Source: Camelus ferus
Taxonomy: Eukaryota
DNA: 64,000 nt
Assembly (NCBI RefSeq): GCF_009834535.1
Contig: NC_045696.1
Span: forward strand, 24,554,001-24,618,000
Reading direction: 5' to 3'
Notes under the pieces: generated by a model
Database searches by the model: none
Told to the model about the DNA's origin: nothing
The model's input: only the letters and a program-made list of their open reading frames with translations
Translations under genes and position numbers: made by a program
In this document: positions 51,027 through 64,000 of the stretch, in pieces
Layout: each line of letters starts with the position of its first letter
Numbering within the stretch: position 1 is the first letter of the stretch

Positions 51027-52873
51027 TTTTTTTTCTGAGTTTGTTTTTGAAGTACAGTTGATCTACAACACTATGTTAATTACTGGAGCACAACATAATG
51101 ATTTCATATTTCTATATATTTCCAAATGGTCAATATGATAAGTATAGCTAGTTACCATTTGTCACCATACAAAGATACTATATTATTATTGACTACAGTC
51201 CCCACACTGCACATTTCATACTCACGAATCATTTATTTGTTAACTGTAAGTCTGTACCTCTTAATCATCCTCACCTATTTCCCTCTCCCTGCCCCCTGGC
51301 AACCACCTGTTTGTTGTCTGTATTACGACTGTTTCTGTTTTGTTGTTTGTTTGTTTGTTTGTTTTAGATTCCACATATAAGTGAAATCGTACAGTATTTG
51401 TCCTTCTCTGTCTGACTTATTTCAGTTAATAAAATATCCTCTAGGTTCATCCATGTTGTCACAAATGGCAAGATTTCATTCTTTTTTATTCCACTGTGTA
51501 TATACACATCTTCTTTATTCATTCATCTATGGATGTGCACTTCAGTTGCTTCCATATCTTGGTTATTGTGAACAATGCTGCAATGAACTAAGGGGTGCAT
51601 ATATACTTTTGAATTAGTGTTTTTGTTTTCTCTGTATAAAAAACAGGAATGAAATTGCTGGATTGCATGGTAGTTTTATTTTTTAATTTTTTTGAAGAAA
51701 CTCCATTCTGTTTTCCACAGTGGCTACACCAGTTTACATTCCCACTAACAGTACACAATTTCTCCAAATTTTTGCCAACACTTGTTATTTGTTGCCTTTT
51801 TGATAACAGTCATTTGACAGGTATGAGTTGATATCTCATTGTGGTTTTGATGATTAGTGATGTTGAGCATTTTTTCATATACCTGTTGGCCATCTGTATA
51901 TCTTCTTTGGAAAAATATCTACTCAGGTCCTCTGCCCACTTTTTAATTAGGTTGTTTTTTTCTGATGCTGAGTTGTATGAGTTTATTGTATATTTCTAAC
52001 ATTAATCTCTTTTCAGCTATATCATTGGAAAATATCTTCTTCCATTTAGTAGGCAGATTTTTCTCATTTTGTTGATAATTTCCTTTGCTGTGCAAGAGCT
52101 TTTTAGTTTGGTGTAGTCCCATTTATTTATTTTTGCTTTTGTTTCCCTTGCCTGAAGAGACAATCCTCCAAAAAATGTTGCTAAGTTCAGTGTCAAAGAA
52201 CATACTGCCTATGATTTCTGCCAGGAGTTTTATGGTATCAGGTCTTACATTTAAGCCTTTAATACATTTTGAGTTTATTTTTGCACGTGGTGTGAGAAAG
52301 TAATCCAGCTTGATTCTTTGGTATGTAGCTTTCGGGTATTCCAACACCATTTATTGAAGAAGCTGTCTTTTCTCCACTGTATATTCTTGCTTCCTTTGCT
52401 GGAGATTGACCATATACACATGGGTATATTTCTGAGCTGTCTATTCTGTTCCATTGATCTATGTGTCTGTTTTTGTGTCTGTACCATACTATTTTGATTA
52501 CTGTCGCTTTATACTACAGTTTGGAATCAGGGTGAGTAATAATTTCAGCTTTGTTCTTTTTTCTCAAGATTGTTTTGGCTATTCTAGGTCTTTTGTGTTT
52601 CTATACAAATTTTAGAATTAGTTGTTCTAGTTATGTAAAAAAAAATGCCTTTGGTATTCTGATAGGGATTGCATTGAATCTACAGATTGCCTTGGGTAGT
52701 ATGGTCATTTTAACAATATTAATTCTTCCAATCCATGAGCACAGTATAGCTTCCCATTTGTTAGTGTCATCTTCAATTTCTTTCATGAGTGACTTAGTCT
52801 TCTGAGTACATATCTTTACTTAGTTAGATTTATTCCTAGGTATTTTATTCTTTTTAATGCAATTATAAATGGG
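51027..52873 (-). mobile_element. 5'-truncated LINE-1 (3' UTR plus ORF2 C-terminal part), probably nested in an older L1M fragment (~50540-53580)
   Basis: Minus-strand peptides [16 protein letters not shown] and [30 protein letters not shown] are L1 ORF2p; similar to the copy at 27.3-29.2 kb. Confidence 0.93.
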
Positions 52874-55800
52874 TTAAAATGTGTCTATTTTTTTGGTCCT
52901 TTGAACAATAAATTACTGTTTCTTTTTTGATTGCTTAAAATAATTCTTCTTTCTAAGCCACCAATTCAATACGAAATTAGATGCATTATTTTTATTTGGA
53001 ATTGTTAGGGATTGCTTTCATTTTTATTTAATTTAGTTTATAAATATTTTTAGAAGTTATGTGGTTTTAAAGTCAAATCTACAAAACAAGGTCTATTCAG
53101 AGAAGTCTGTTTTCTCTTATGTCCCTTTCACTTTGCTTATTTTACCCCATTTCTCTAAGAAGAAAAACATGTATCTGCCTGTTTTGAGACACACATGTAT
53201 TTCCACCCTTAGATAAATGGCAGCCTATTGTGTACATTTTTCTCTACTTGGCTTTTTTTATTTACACTTTATCCGGGAGATCATTCCATGGCATTATAAA
53301 GAGATATATTTCACTTTTTTACAGATGTAGACATCTCTATTGTCTGAATTTACCATATATTATTCAATCTGTTTTCTCTGGATCAATGTTGGGGTTTACA
53401 GCTGTTCAATAATACAAAAGATTTACAACAAACATGAATGTATAAATCAATTTAGATTTAGTGTATCTCTGATATAGATGTCTAGAAATGGAATTTTTGG
53501 GTCAAAGGGCAAATACATGTAATTTTGCTGGTTTTGTCAAATTACCTTCCACATGTGTTGTGCCATTTTACAAACACATTTGACTGCACAAGGGAAGACT
53601 ATAGGTTTATATGAAATATCGTTAAAGAGTAAATATGATCTAATGTCAACAAAAACAAAGAATTATCTAAAATATGAATTGCATTTTTATTTAAGATACT
53701 TTTTTGCTGTTAGTTATTTGTTTATATAATAGTTCTTTCTTGATGGGAGCTCTGTCACAAAATGATATTGCTAAATCTAATCCATTACAATTATACAGCG
53801 GAAAATTATCAATATTCAAACACATTCTCACTTACAAAGGACGTCCTATCATCAATAAAACCAACTTATCTCCACATGATTCACCTTTTCATTAGAAACT
53901 TAATGAGTCGAAATTACACATTTGTTCATTGTCCATACCTCATAATAGACATTAGCCCTTTTTCATCATAAGCCATAACCTATATATTATGAAACCATTT
54001 CAGAAAGTCACTAACTTTTTGACTAGAGAATAATGAAATTTTAAAATCATATTTTAACTACTTAGATTTGCTTCTTAAGGGTGTCTTAGCACAGACTGAT
54101 ATTCTACTCCTCTGGCTTAAAGCTGTTGAGTGATTTGTAATGAGATGACTGACAAAACCCAAAGTAATAGTCTTGAAAACCACTACTCCTAAATCTGCTT
54201 CTCTTTATTGATACAATGAGGAGAGAATTAATTTTAAAAGGTGATGACTATTGATTACTTAATGGCAGAAGATAGTGTAGAGAAATGCTGAAGTGAGCCT
54301 ATTCTCTGCCCTCCTGGACAACATGACCCATTATCCAGTGGTGGAAATCATGCTGTAACCCTCATTAATATTTAGCAGGCAGGACATAGGCTGGTGGTAG
54401 TCTACAAAATTGCCCTAGGCATAACTCCAAAAGGGCATAAGAATGTTTGAAGGATATAAAAGAGTAACAGATTTCCCTGTGTTCAGATTGTTTATAAGCA
54501 GGACAAGAAAACACTCAATTCCCTTTTGTGATCTCCGGGCAACGATGGCCAGGTGGAAACACCTACTAGGCAAGTTGAAGTGATTAATGCTCTGGGAAAT
54601 CACTCTAGGTTAGTGAGCCCTGTATAAGGACACTGTATTTTCCAAAGTGGTTCTCAATTTCAGTCCTTTTTCTTTCCTCTTGCCTCAAGTTTAAGGGCTT
54701 TTTCCGCAGGGGTAGAAAGTCAGCAAAAGGTGTTAATTGTGTCTAACACAGCCACCATCCTTGGGGCGACGTTCTGTATCACACTGTCTATCAAGCTAAC
54801 CCCTTGTCACATGTCAGGATCTTTTTATTTCAGCTCATTTAAAAGGGAAACAAGAAGTTTTAAAGATAGCTAGTAGGGAGACACGAGGATAAGAATGCTT
54901 GTAAGGACTAAAAGAGCTTTTGAAGCCACTTGAACTAAAATGGTCTCTGACTGTTGAAAAGACCATACAGAGTTTTATAGATTACTGACTCCCATTTTCA
55001 GCTTTTCAGACTACTAAGTTCTTTTTCAGTATCACCAGCTTATTTTGAAAATATTATAGGTTTGAAATAAGATAAAGTTCTTACAATAGAAAATATTCTT
55101 GGGATTTATGGGTACAGAAAGTCCATAATGTCTGATATCCACCATCCTGAATGGTATATAAAATTAAACAGTGAGAAAATATCAATTTTTTTGACTCAAC
55201 TACTCTAAAGATTTTGAAAACGAAAACTACTCTAAAGATTTAGGAGAATCATTTACTTTGTGGTATGTGAGGAATTGTTTATAATTACCTGGCTAGAATG
55301 AGTTACATACAAATAAAAATTTAGCTTTGTAGGCAAAAAGTATCCAAGAGAACAAGTCTTCTACTACCATATTAAGCTTTCTCTCAAAACCAGTGAATGA
55401 AATTGACCCAGAGGTCTCATTGTAATTCCATGTTAAATGTGGAAAAAAATCAGTTTTACTTTCAACCTTAGACTGTGAATGCCTAAATGCTCTTTTCCGT
55501 TTATTAATAGGTCTGTGTATATGCCTCGTCTTTCTGACATCTAGTAGAGAGGTTCATATTATCAAGAGTTACCAACAGAAAATGCATTGGCGGTCATTTT
55601 TGGTTTTTTGACAAATATGATCTTTATGAGACACAATGGTGGATCTACTCAAATGCCTGTTTTTGTTTGTTTGTTTTGCTGTTGTTATTTATTAGTTGGT
55701 TGGTTGCTTAGTAATATATGCCATTCCCAAGAACAAAAGTAACACTATAAATTAAAAATAATTTAATAGATTTTTCTCCAAGGTGCTTAACATGATAACA

Positions 55801-56011
55801 AACAGATGAAGACATTTTATGAACTGTAAATATTATGTTAATAATAGTTATACCTTCAGTGCCTTTAGAGATTTCAGAGAGAAGAGCTTTTTTAATCCTG
55901 AATTTGCAAGAGACTGATGCTTATTGAATCATAATCTAATATGTTTAGCAGTTTTATCAGTGAAAGTCACAAATTCTAAATTTCCTTTCTTTTTTCTTTC
56001 CCATTTTATAG

Positions 56012-56083
56012 CGCAGCAGCAGTTTTGGGAATTTTGATCGTTTTCGGAGTAATTCCACATCAAAACCAGATGACCCAACTGGG
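56012..56083 (+). CDS. SAMSN1: SAMSN1 exon 2
   Basis: Strong pyrimidine tract and tag acceptor (AG at 56010-56011); 72 nt encoding RSSSFGNFDRFRSNSTSKPDDPTG; donor GGG|GTTGGT; phase 0/0. Confidence 0.96.
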
Positions 56084-56601
56084 GTTGGTATTTCATTCCA
56101 TTTTTATGAATGTTATACAAATACATTATGAAAAATTATGAAGTCAATATCATTTTTCCATAGTACAGTAAGAAAAAGGAAGATATTTTAAAATCATAGC
56201 ATTGCATATATTTTTGTGATCAGTGAATAATTATTTAATGCCTAGTATGATGATGCTGGGCATTAAGAGTAAAAAGCTACCTAAGAAGCCTAACTGACAT
56301 TTGGGAAGGCAGAACATCAGCTTGAGAAGAGAGTTGCATTTTAAAGTAACAGATGATCCCAAATTTTCTGAGCATTTCCACTATAAAACAATATATACAT
56401 TAAATTTCATGTAAGTTGTAACTGCTTTATTTTAGGAAGTGATTAAATGGCTTAACTGTCCATTTGTTAAGGAGAGCATAGGCTGCTGAATTGCACTCTC
56501 ACGTCTGTACACTTTGAAATGTCTCAATGGTGACCATTACATATACATTTGCAAACCATTTTAAATGTAGCTTAAGAAAAGCTCCCCATAAAATTAAATT
56601 T

Positions 56602-56790
56602 TCATCACCATCATCATCATCATAGCTACATTTAATTGAGCACTTACCAGGAAGGCAGCACAACACTAAATACTTTACCTACCTAAAAGTAGGAACTATC
56701 GTTATTTTTATTTCACCATTGTAGAAATATGTTTGAGAAGACTACTTCTATATTATACTGGTAATAAATGACAAAGTCAGAATGCAACAT
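56602..56790 (-). mobile_element. MIR fragment with (CAT)n at its end
   Basis: catcaccatcatcatcatcatagctacatttaattgagcacttacc. Confidence 0.6.
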
Positions 56791-58514
56791 CTTGTCCGAA
56801 GTTTGCTATTCAATGATACTATCTCATAAACCACCAGCCAGCTGTGATAAGGGATTAATAAAAGGTATAACAACTAATAAAATAGTAGAGGGGAGGGATA
56901 TATACTGAGAAAAGTGAAAATATGTGTTTATCATTGAACCTGATTCAGCGACCTTACATGTGATACTTTTGTTTTTGATCACTAGGTTTTAGATCTTATG
57001 CACTTCTTAATTATTTATTCTAAATATTGTGTCTTTATTTTTTGTTTTTATAATGAATTCCTTTTATTGTATCTTATTTCTCAGAACACTTTTCAAATTC
57101 CTATATACATGCATCTATCTATAATATCTTTAAATATTTTTATATTTCAGAAATGGATATTCTAGACAAAAAAGGTAGAAAGAAAATGACATCTATTATT
57201 ACTTTATGAATACCTCCATTAGTACATATGTATGCATGTGTGTATACTATATCCCTTTTTATATACATATATCACATATATCTCCTTTTATCCATCTATA
57301 TATTTATGTCCACATGAACTTGTGGATAAACTTGTATACATACATGGATATACACAGATAAACTTCGTGGATAGTTATATAATCTATCAACATTTACATA
57401 ATTATAAATAATACAATGTAATATATGTATATAAAGAGTGAGAAGCCCAATATAATTTTATTTTCAGTTAGCATATTGTATGAACCTTCAACTTTCCATA
57501 ATCAAACATAGATATATTCTACTGTTATTTAGTTTATAATTCTAATGTTAACCTACAAAAGTTGCTCAGGCTCACTCAGATTCATCGATGAGTAAAGGTG
57601 GCCTAGCAATCTGAGAAAGCATGTAGTGAACCTGATTAAGTAGTTCACACATTTTCAGCACATCAAAATTCATTCAACAAATATGTATTGAGAATCTACT
57701 GTATAACAGGATTTCCCTTAGCCACTCACAAAGTACTATTACAAAACAAGTGAAAATCCTTACTTCATGAAGCTTGGAGTTGAGGGAGAGACATCTTAAA
57801 ATAACAACAAAGACAAAATATAAACAAACATCTAAATAAAATGGTGATTCAGGCTATGAAAGAGAACAGCGTAGAAAAATGTTAAAACTAAAATGTGTTG
57901 AAATAGTTTCTTAAAAGCTTCTATAAAAAAAGATAGAAAAATCTGAAATTAAAAATATTTGTGGTACTTTTTTTTGAAGCTTAGGTGATGATAAGTTAAC
58001 ATAGATAGTAATAAAATAATTTCTTGTTTATTTTAGTTTGTAATTTTACAATGAAGAGAAAAGTTAGAGGAAAGAGAGAAGAAAAAGCTTAACTCTAAAA
58101 TTTTAAAGTGATTCTAAGTTATATTTTATTCAGGGCTTTTGAATTAAGCAAAGAATCTTTGCCTTTATAACCTTGAATGCAGAAATTAATAAAGTGCAAT
58201 GAGGGCTTAAATTGGCTGTCCATTCATATTTATCATAGGCAATTTGAGGTAAGATATGAAGCAAAACATAATATTGATTAATAATGATGTTAACTGTGTG
58301 GTCAAACCCTCATATTAAAATATTCAAATTCACTAAAGAGAAGTTTCCCATGATTTTTTATATTCAGGGAATGACTGACAACCTACCTATTGGGAATGGT
58401 GGGTGGTGCAAGACAAGATGACCTTCAGAGTTCTTTTCTTGCAAATCTGGGATATTAAGGCTATGTAACACAAATATGTCCTGAAAAAAAAAATTCCAAA
58501 GTTCTACATGAGCA

Positions 58515-59250
58515 GGTTTGTTTATTCAAAAAATACTGAAGGTCAGTTATATTCCTGGAAGTATTCTAGACACTCAGAATGAATAAAACAGATAAAGTCT
58601 ATAGTCTCTTATGGAGCATTCATCATAGTGGGAGATGCAGGCAGTAAAATAAAATGAACAAACAAATATATTATTGGGTAATGCTAAGTGCTTAGAAGAA
58701 GAATAAATCAGGGTAAACGTAAAAGGACTATGGACAAGTGTGGGCTATTTTAAATGGGGTGATCAATCAGATAATTTCTCTCCTATTACTTGGTGTGTAA
58801 GTAGAAACCCGGATGAATGAAGGAAGACATTTGTGGATATCTAGGGGAAGCCAGTGGCAAAAACAAGTATAAACCTTGATGAGAACATAAAAGAGACAGC
58901 AAGGGGACTATTATGACAACACTTAGTCGCAGCTGTTTTCAAACTTTAGCATGTATCAGAATCAGTTGGAGAGTTTGTTAAAACACTAACTGTCCCCCAG
59001 TGATTCCGACGCTGCCAGCCTTGGGACTGCGTTTTGAGAACCACTGCTATGTACAGTGAGCAAGAAAAATGCGAGAAGCAGTTAGGAATGAGGTGTTGAG
59101 TACATTTTTATTTCATCCACACTGTATATAATGTAATGTATATTACAGTTTAATATGTATTATAATAATGTCACATTATTTTATGTTGTTATAGAGTCTT
59201 GTGGGCTGTGAACTTTGTTTTATTCTGAGATAGAGAAGAAGCCATTGGTT
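58515..59250 (-). mobile_element. LINE-2 fragment containing an internally deleted MER5A (~58930-59047)
   Basis: L2-like tttattcaaaaaatactgaagg...; MER5 termini cagctgttttcaaacttt and ttttgagaaccactg. Confidence 0.65.
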
Positions 59251-59939
59251 TAACAAGATTCTTAATTAGCACAAGTCAGAAGCAGTCTAAATAGGTATTT
59301 CATTAGCATAGTATGTGGAACAGGTAAAGACTTCTGTACTAATGGCTGAACTAGTTCATAATTAATATTGCTTGAGAATGTTGAAAATGTGCATGTATTC
59401 ATCACCTGTAAGAGCAAAGAACTGCAGTTTCTCTGTGAATTTAATTAACTCCAAACTTCTTAAAAAATAGCCATGACCATCTCAATTTCTATAAAAAGCA
59501 AGAGGATATTGTCATGCACATTCAGCATGGATAGATGTTACAGCCTTCCTAAAGCCTCTGATAAAATATCTCTCATGTAAGTGGACATAATCACTCATTA
59601 TGTCTAGTATTTAATTCTATTTTGTCCATCTCAAAAAATAGGAAGGACTAAAGTGATTCTACTATACAGCTATAAAAACAGCTTAAATTCTTTTTAATAA
59701 TTTCAACTGTGAAGCTCACGACGTTCAGCATCACAAGTTTCACATTCTGAGTTTGTAACAGAGGTAACTAGGCCTAGACAACTTTAAAAATATGTATTAT
59801 GTCCAGATAGCTTGAAATTTTGGAGGCTGCTGCACAGAATGTATAGGAAGCCCACCAATTTGCAATCTCCTAACAATGCTTTCAGATCAATGCTTTTCAT
59901 TGCTTTACTATTTTGTCTTTTGTAAACAATTCTGATTAG

Positions 59940-60089
59940 GTACATGAAGGGGAACCTATAAATGAAAGTGGAGAACAAAACAAAACTTCAAATAATGGAA
60001 GGGGCTTAGGTAAAAAAATGAGAGCTATTTCCTGGACAATGAAGAAAAAAACGGGTAAAAAATACATTAAAGCCCTCTCTGAGGAAAAG
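59940..60089 (+). CDS. SAMSN1: SAMSN1 exon 3 (SLY region, basic NLS-like segment)
   Basis: Acceptor tgattag; 150 nt encoding VHEGEPINESGEQNKTSNNGRGLGKKMRAISWTMKKKTGKKYIKALSEEK; donor AAG|GTAAGT at 60090; phase 0/0. Confidence 0.97.
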
Positions 60090-60309
60090 GTAAGTGTACT
60101 CTGTTAATCGCCTGTATTTTCCTATTAATTTTTGATTAAAATATTCAATAAGTTCTTCTTCTAGATATGGAAGTACTTGGTGGTTTATGAAGGACTTCAG
60201 ACTATTTCCTTCATCAATATTTGTGTGCAGAAGTTGGATGGAAGAAAGTATTATTACTCACATTTTAATACAGGAAACAGGCTCAGAAATATCACATTTG
60301 TCATTTCTG

Positions 60310-61322
60310 TTATAACATTAGTACTGCAATTCTTTTTATTGTCAAATGACATTCCACTTTACAGATAAGTCTCATTTTATTTACCCTTTCATCAGTTGAT
60401 AAACATTTGGGTTGTTTCCACAGTGGGACTGCTATAAATGATGCTGCTATGAAAATTTGTGTGCAAGTTTCTATGTGGAAATTTTCTTTCACTTCTCTTG
60501 GGTATATGGTGACAGTCTGATACTCTGAGAAACTGAAAAACTATTTCCCAAAGCAGGTGCATCATTTTGCATTCCCACTAGCAATGCGTGAGAGTTCCAC
60601 TTTCTCCACATGCTTGTCAGCACGTGTTATTGCCTGTCTTTTTGACGCAGGCCAGCATAATCGGTGTGGATTCTCATTATAATTTGATTTGCACTTCCCT
60701 GATGATGAATGATGTTGAGAATCTTTTCATGTGCTTATTAGTTATTTGTATATCTTCTTGTGAAAAGTGTTTATTCATATCTTTTACCTGCTTTTAAATT
60801 GGGTTGTCTTTTTATTGCTGACATTTAAGCCTTTTAAAAAAATATATTATGGATACTGGCCTTTATGAGATATATGATTTGTAATATGATATATTTTATC
60901 CCATTCATGGATTGTATGTTCACTTTCTTGATGGTATCACAGCAAAAATGATTGTAATTTTGATGTAGTTCAATTTATTTTTTCTTCCATCAGTTGTGCT
61001 TTTAGTATTGTATTTAAGGAACCATTGCTTAATCTAAGGTTACAAAGATCTACTTCTATGTTTTCTTCTAAGAGTTTTATAGTTTTAGCTCTTAAATTTT
61101 GGTGTATTATCCATGAACTTTCTATAGGGTGTGTGATAGGAGTCCAACTTCATTCTTTGAATATCAATATTCAGTTGTTCCAACACTACTTGTTGAAAAG
61201 ACAATTATTTCGCCATTGTCTTGGCATCTTTGTTGAAAATCAACTGATCATAAACATATGGTCATAAATATATGGACTTATGGACTCTCAATTTTATTCC
61301 ATTGTTCTATATGTTTTATATC
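60310..61322 (-). mobile_element. Old LINE-1 (L1M-type) fragment
   Basis: Minus-strand peptide TCTQIFIAASFIAVPLWKQPKCLSTDE; ttgcattcccactagcaatgcgtgagagttcc typical of the L1 ORF2 3' end. Confidence 0.85.
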
Positions 61323-61329
61323 TACTCTC

Positions 61330-63238
61330 TTATTAACCCTCCTGGGTCCTTCTGCCCCAGTACTCTATTAAAACAGTTCTCACAATCAGTATTAGCCTCT
61401 ATGTTGCCAAATCTAATGGTCACTTTTATTTGTTCTTACATGACTTTTCAGCTGTATTTGACACAATTGATGATTTCATTAGATATGAAACATTCTCTTT
61501 TCTTGGTTTCTCTGGGCATTCTTCTCTTTCCTTCTTTCTCATAGTTTCCTTTCTTGGCTCTGCTTTCTTTCTTCTCCTTCTAAATATTGAGTCTTCCTGA
61601 GGGTTGTTCCAAGATGTTCTACCTAGTCTAGTCTCTCTTCCTAAGAGGTCTCATCCAGTATTGTGACTTTGTTTTCCACAATTACATGTCTAGCTATGAT
61701 CTCTTTACATATCTGTTAGACTTATATAACCAACTGCTTATTTGATATTATCACTTAGGTGTACAATAGATATCTAGAACCTAATATATCTAAAACTGAA
61801 TTGTTGATTCTCTATGTTCTACAAAAAAAAGTTTGTTTCTTGTCCAGTCTTCCAAGTAGAAATAGATAACACTCTCATAACTGTAGATGCTGGAAATAAA
61901 GGAAGGAAGGAAAGAGAGAAAGAAGAAAGCCTATGAATTCAAAATTCCTTCTTCTCACTTTTTACAACAATCCATCAGCATATCCCCTTGTTTTTAACCC
62001 CAAAGTATATCTAAAACCCCTAACTTCTCCATGTAAATTATTCTTGCTTTAGACTAAGTAACCAACCCCTTTTGCCTAGATTACCTAATGGTTTCCTTTC
62101 TTCCACTCTTTACTCTGTAAAAGCCATTCTCCACATGAAAGCCAGAAAGATCTTTGAAAAGTCAAATTCAGAACACAACACTTCCTTGGTTAAAATTTTA
62201 CAGTACCTCACAATGTATTCCCTTACCATGAGATGTTCATTCCAGTCCTGAAAAGTAGACCCCAAGAAGGGAGTAGTAACGCCAAAGTTTTATGGGGGGA
62301 AATGCCTGTGAAGGATAAAGAAGAGAAAGAAAAAATGAGCAAGGAAATCCTTCAGACTACAATGCAAGTGTGACATTTATAAAAGGAGAGGAAGAAAGAA
62401 GGAGGATCATTCAAGTCTCAGACTTCAACACTGTTCTGAGAAAGCTTTGGCTAGATTGATGGGAAGTCCTTGAACAAAAGTTTTCCATTAGAGAAACTGC
62501 ACATCCCACCAGAATGGATGCAAATGGTATCCCCACTGTTTCAGTCATGGAACATGGCTTCCATACAAACACAGTGGTTGATATAGAGGGGCAGCAGTTG
62601 GGGCTGTCAACAAAGAAGGGTCCTGCAGCAAGAGATCTTAGTGCACATTTCGATGGTCCCACAAGTGGCCTATAAAACCTTCCTGATCTGCCTCCAGTCT
62701 GCCTCTCTGAGCTGATATCGTAATACTCTCCTTGCTCCCACTCAGCTCCAGTTACGCTGATCTTGTTTTCCCCTGCATAACCCAAGCTAGTTATGAGTTT
62801 AATCATTTTGTTTTTGCTGTTTCTTTTGCTTGGAAAACTATCTCCAGATCATATGTTACATCTTCTTATCATTCAAATCAATAATTCAGAGCATGTATAA
62901 TCTTACAGAGGAGATCTTTGGGGCTGTTTTCCCTAAACCAGCTAACCTTCCTACAACCCTAATCTCAGTAGTTAATCCTCTCATACTACCCAGTTTTATT
63001 TCCTTCGTAGCACTCATAATTCTCTGAAACTGTTTTGCTCATTTTGTTTACACAAATCTCCCCAAATACTACAAACATACACACACATGCCCTAACATAC
63101 TAAAATGTACCTCATTAGAGGTAGGACCCTGTTATCTTGTTTACTATGGTATCCCCAGTTTCCAAGACAATGCCAAGTACTTAAAAGCTGTTCTATAAGC
63201 TTGTGTTGAATGACTGAACAGATGAATAAAGGAATGGA
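61330..63238 (+). mobile_element. Long degenerate LINE-2, interrupted by an LTR
   Basis: tgttgccaaatctaatggtcactt...cagctgtatttgacacaattga...; tail tgttgaatgactgaacagatgaataaa. Confidence 0.75.
62225..62662. mobile_element. MLT1-like LTR
   Basis: gggaaatgcctgtgaaggataaag...cttcagactacaatgcaagtgtgaca...tgttctgagaaagctttggctagattgatgggaagtcc resembles old MLT1 LTRs (recall). Confidence 0.6.
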
Positions 63239-64000
63239 AAAAGCAGAGACTCAAACTGAGTGTATATCATATGTATATTCTGAGGTTGTATTGATGTTTA
63301 GAAATGCTCAAAAATAGGAATATTGAATTACATTTTGATGAATATTAAGAAATTCATGGGTTTTGTTCAAACTATCTAAATATGGAAAACATGTGAGATG
63401 TTTTCAAGCAGATGTAATTTCTTTTGAAATTGTCTGTCTTTCCTAATTTTATGCAAGATTTGCTTTTCACTTGACTAGGTGGCAAGCACCGTATGAGATT
63501 TGTAAAGCTTCTTAGATAAGCTTTGCTTTAGAATTGCAAAGTGTGCATGTTTTATTCATATCTAGTGATCTGGTAGGGTGCAAATAACTGACATGAAGCA
63601 ACTATGTGGAGTTTAAACTTGTAATATCATATCTCAAAGGATTAGTAATGGTGGTAAATACATGATAAGGACAGCATGAAGAAATAAAAGTGATTTAAAA
63701 GATAAAGCACAGATGTTAACAAATTTAACATTTCTGATTAAATGGTCTTGATATGGTATTTATCCCAATTACAAAAATGAACTGTTATAATTTCAGTTAA
63801 ATTCCATAATGTGGAATGTCCCATCTAAAGGATTTTTCCAAGTATATCATAAAATGTTTTGCTATAAGTTGAACTAAAGATTAATGACACTCGTATTTTA
63901 TGCTGATGTATTCCTAAGTATTTTATTGCTAAAATATGTCTTGTTTGTTAAATCAATGCACACAGAAAAAGTCTCAAGGAAATCAGTTCTTTGCACTTAA

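Noticed and set aside
62411..62806. Longest ORF in the track (131 aa, minus strand)
   Set aside because: Spans an LTR/L2 junction; no recognisable domain
63956..64000. Frame reading MHTEKVSRKS, resembling the HTEKVS of SAMSN1 exon 4 (recalled)
   Set aside because: Only 6 residues match, the flanks do not, there is no acceptor and a stop follows; true exon 4 is probably just beyond the window

Overview
AT-rich mammalian genomic DNA, probably camelid (two Vic-1-type tRNA-derived SINEs). It holds the 5' part of SAMSN1 (HACS1/SLy2) on the + strand. Three exons of the canonical short isoform are visible: exon 1 CDS 35764-35820, exon 2 56012-56083 and exon 3 59940-60089; later exons lie beyond the window. 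A TATA-less promoter with a PU.1 site precedes exon 1. About 30 kb upstream are two more coding-like exons, ~3957/3970-4084 and 5261-5613, which splice in frame to each other and to exon 2. They suggest a long SASH1-like isoform, and the first of them appears to carry a 1-nt frameshift. The rest is intron filled with L1, L2, MIR, MLT1, MER5 and simple repeats. Nearly all ORF-track entries are spurious or L1 remnants. I see no prokaryote-type systems and no wholly new system. Homology statements rest on my recall of human SAMSN1/SASH1 and repeat consensus sequences; no search was run, and repeat boundaries are approximate.
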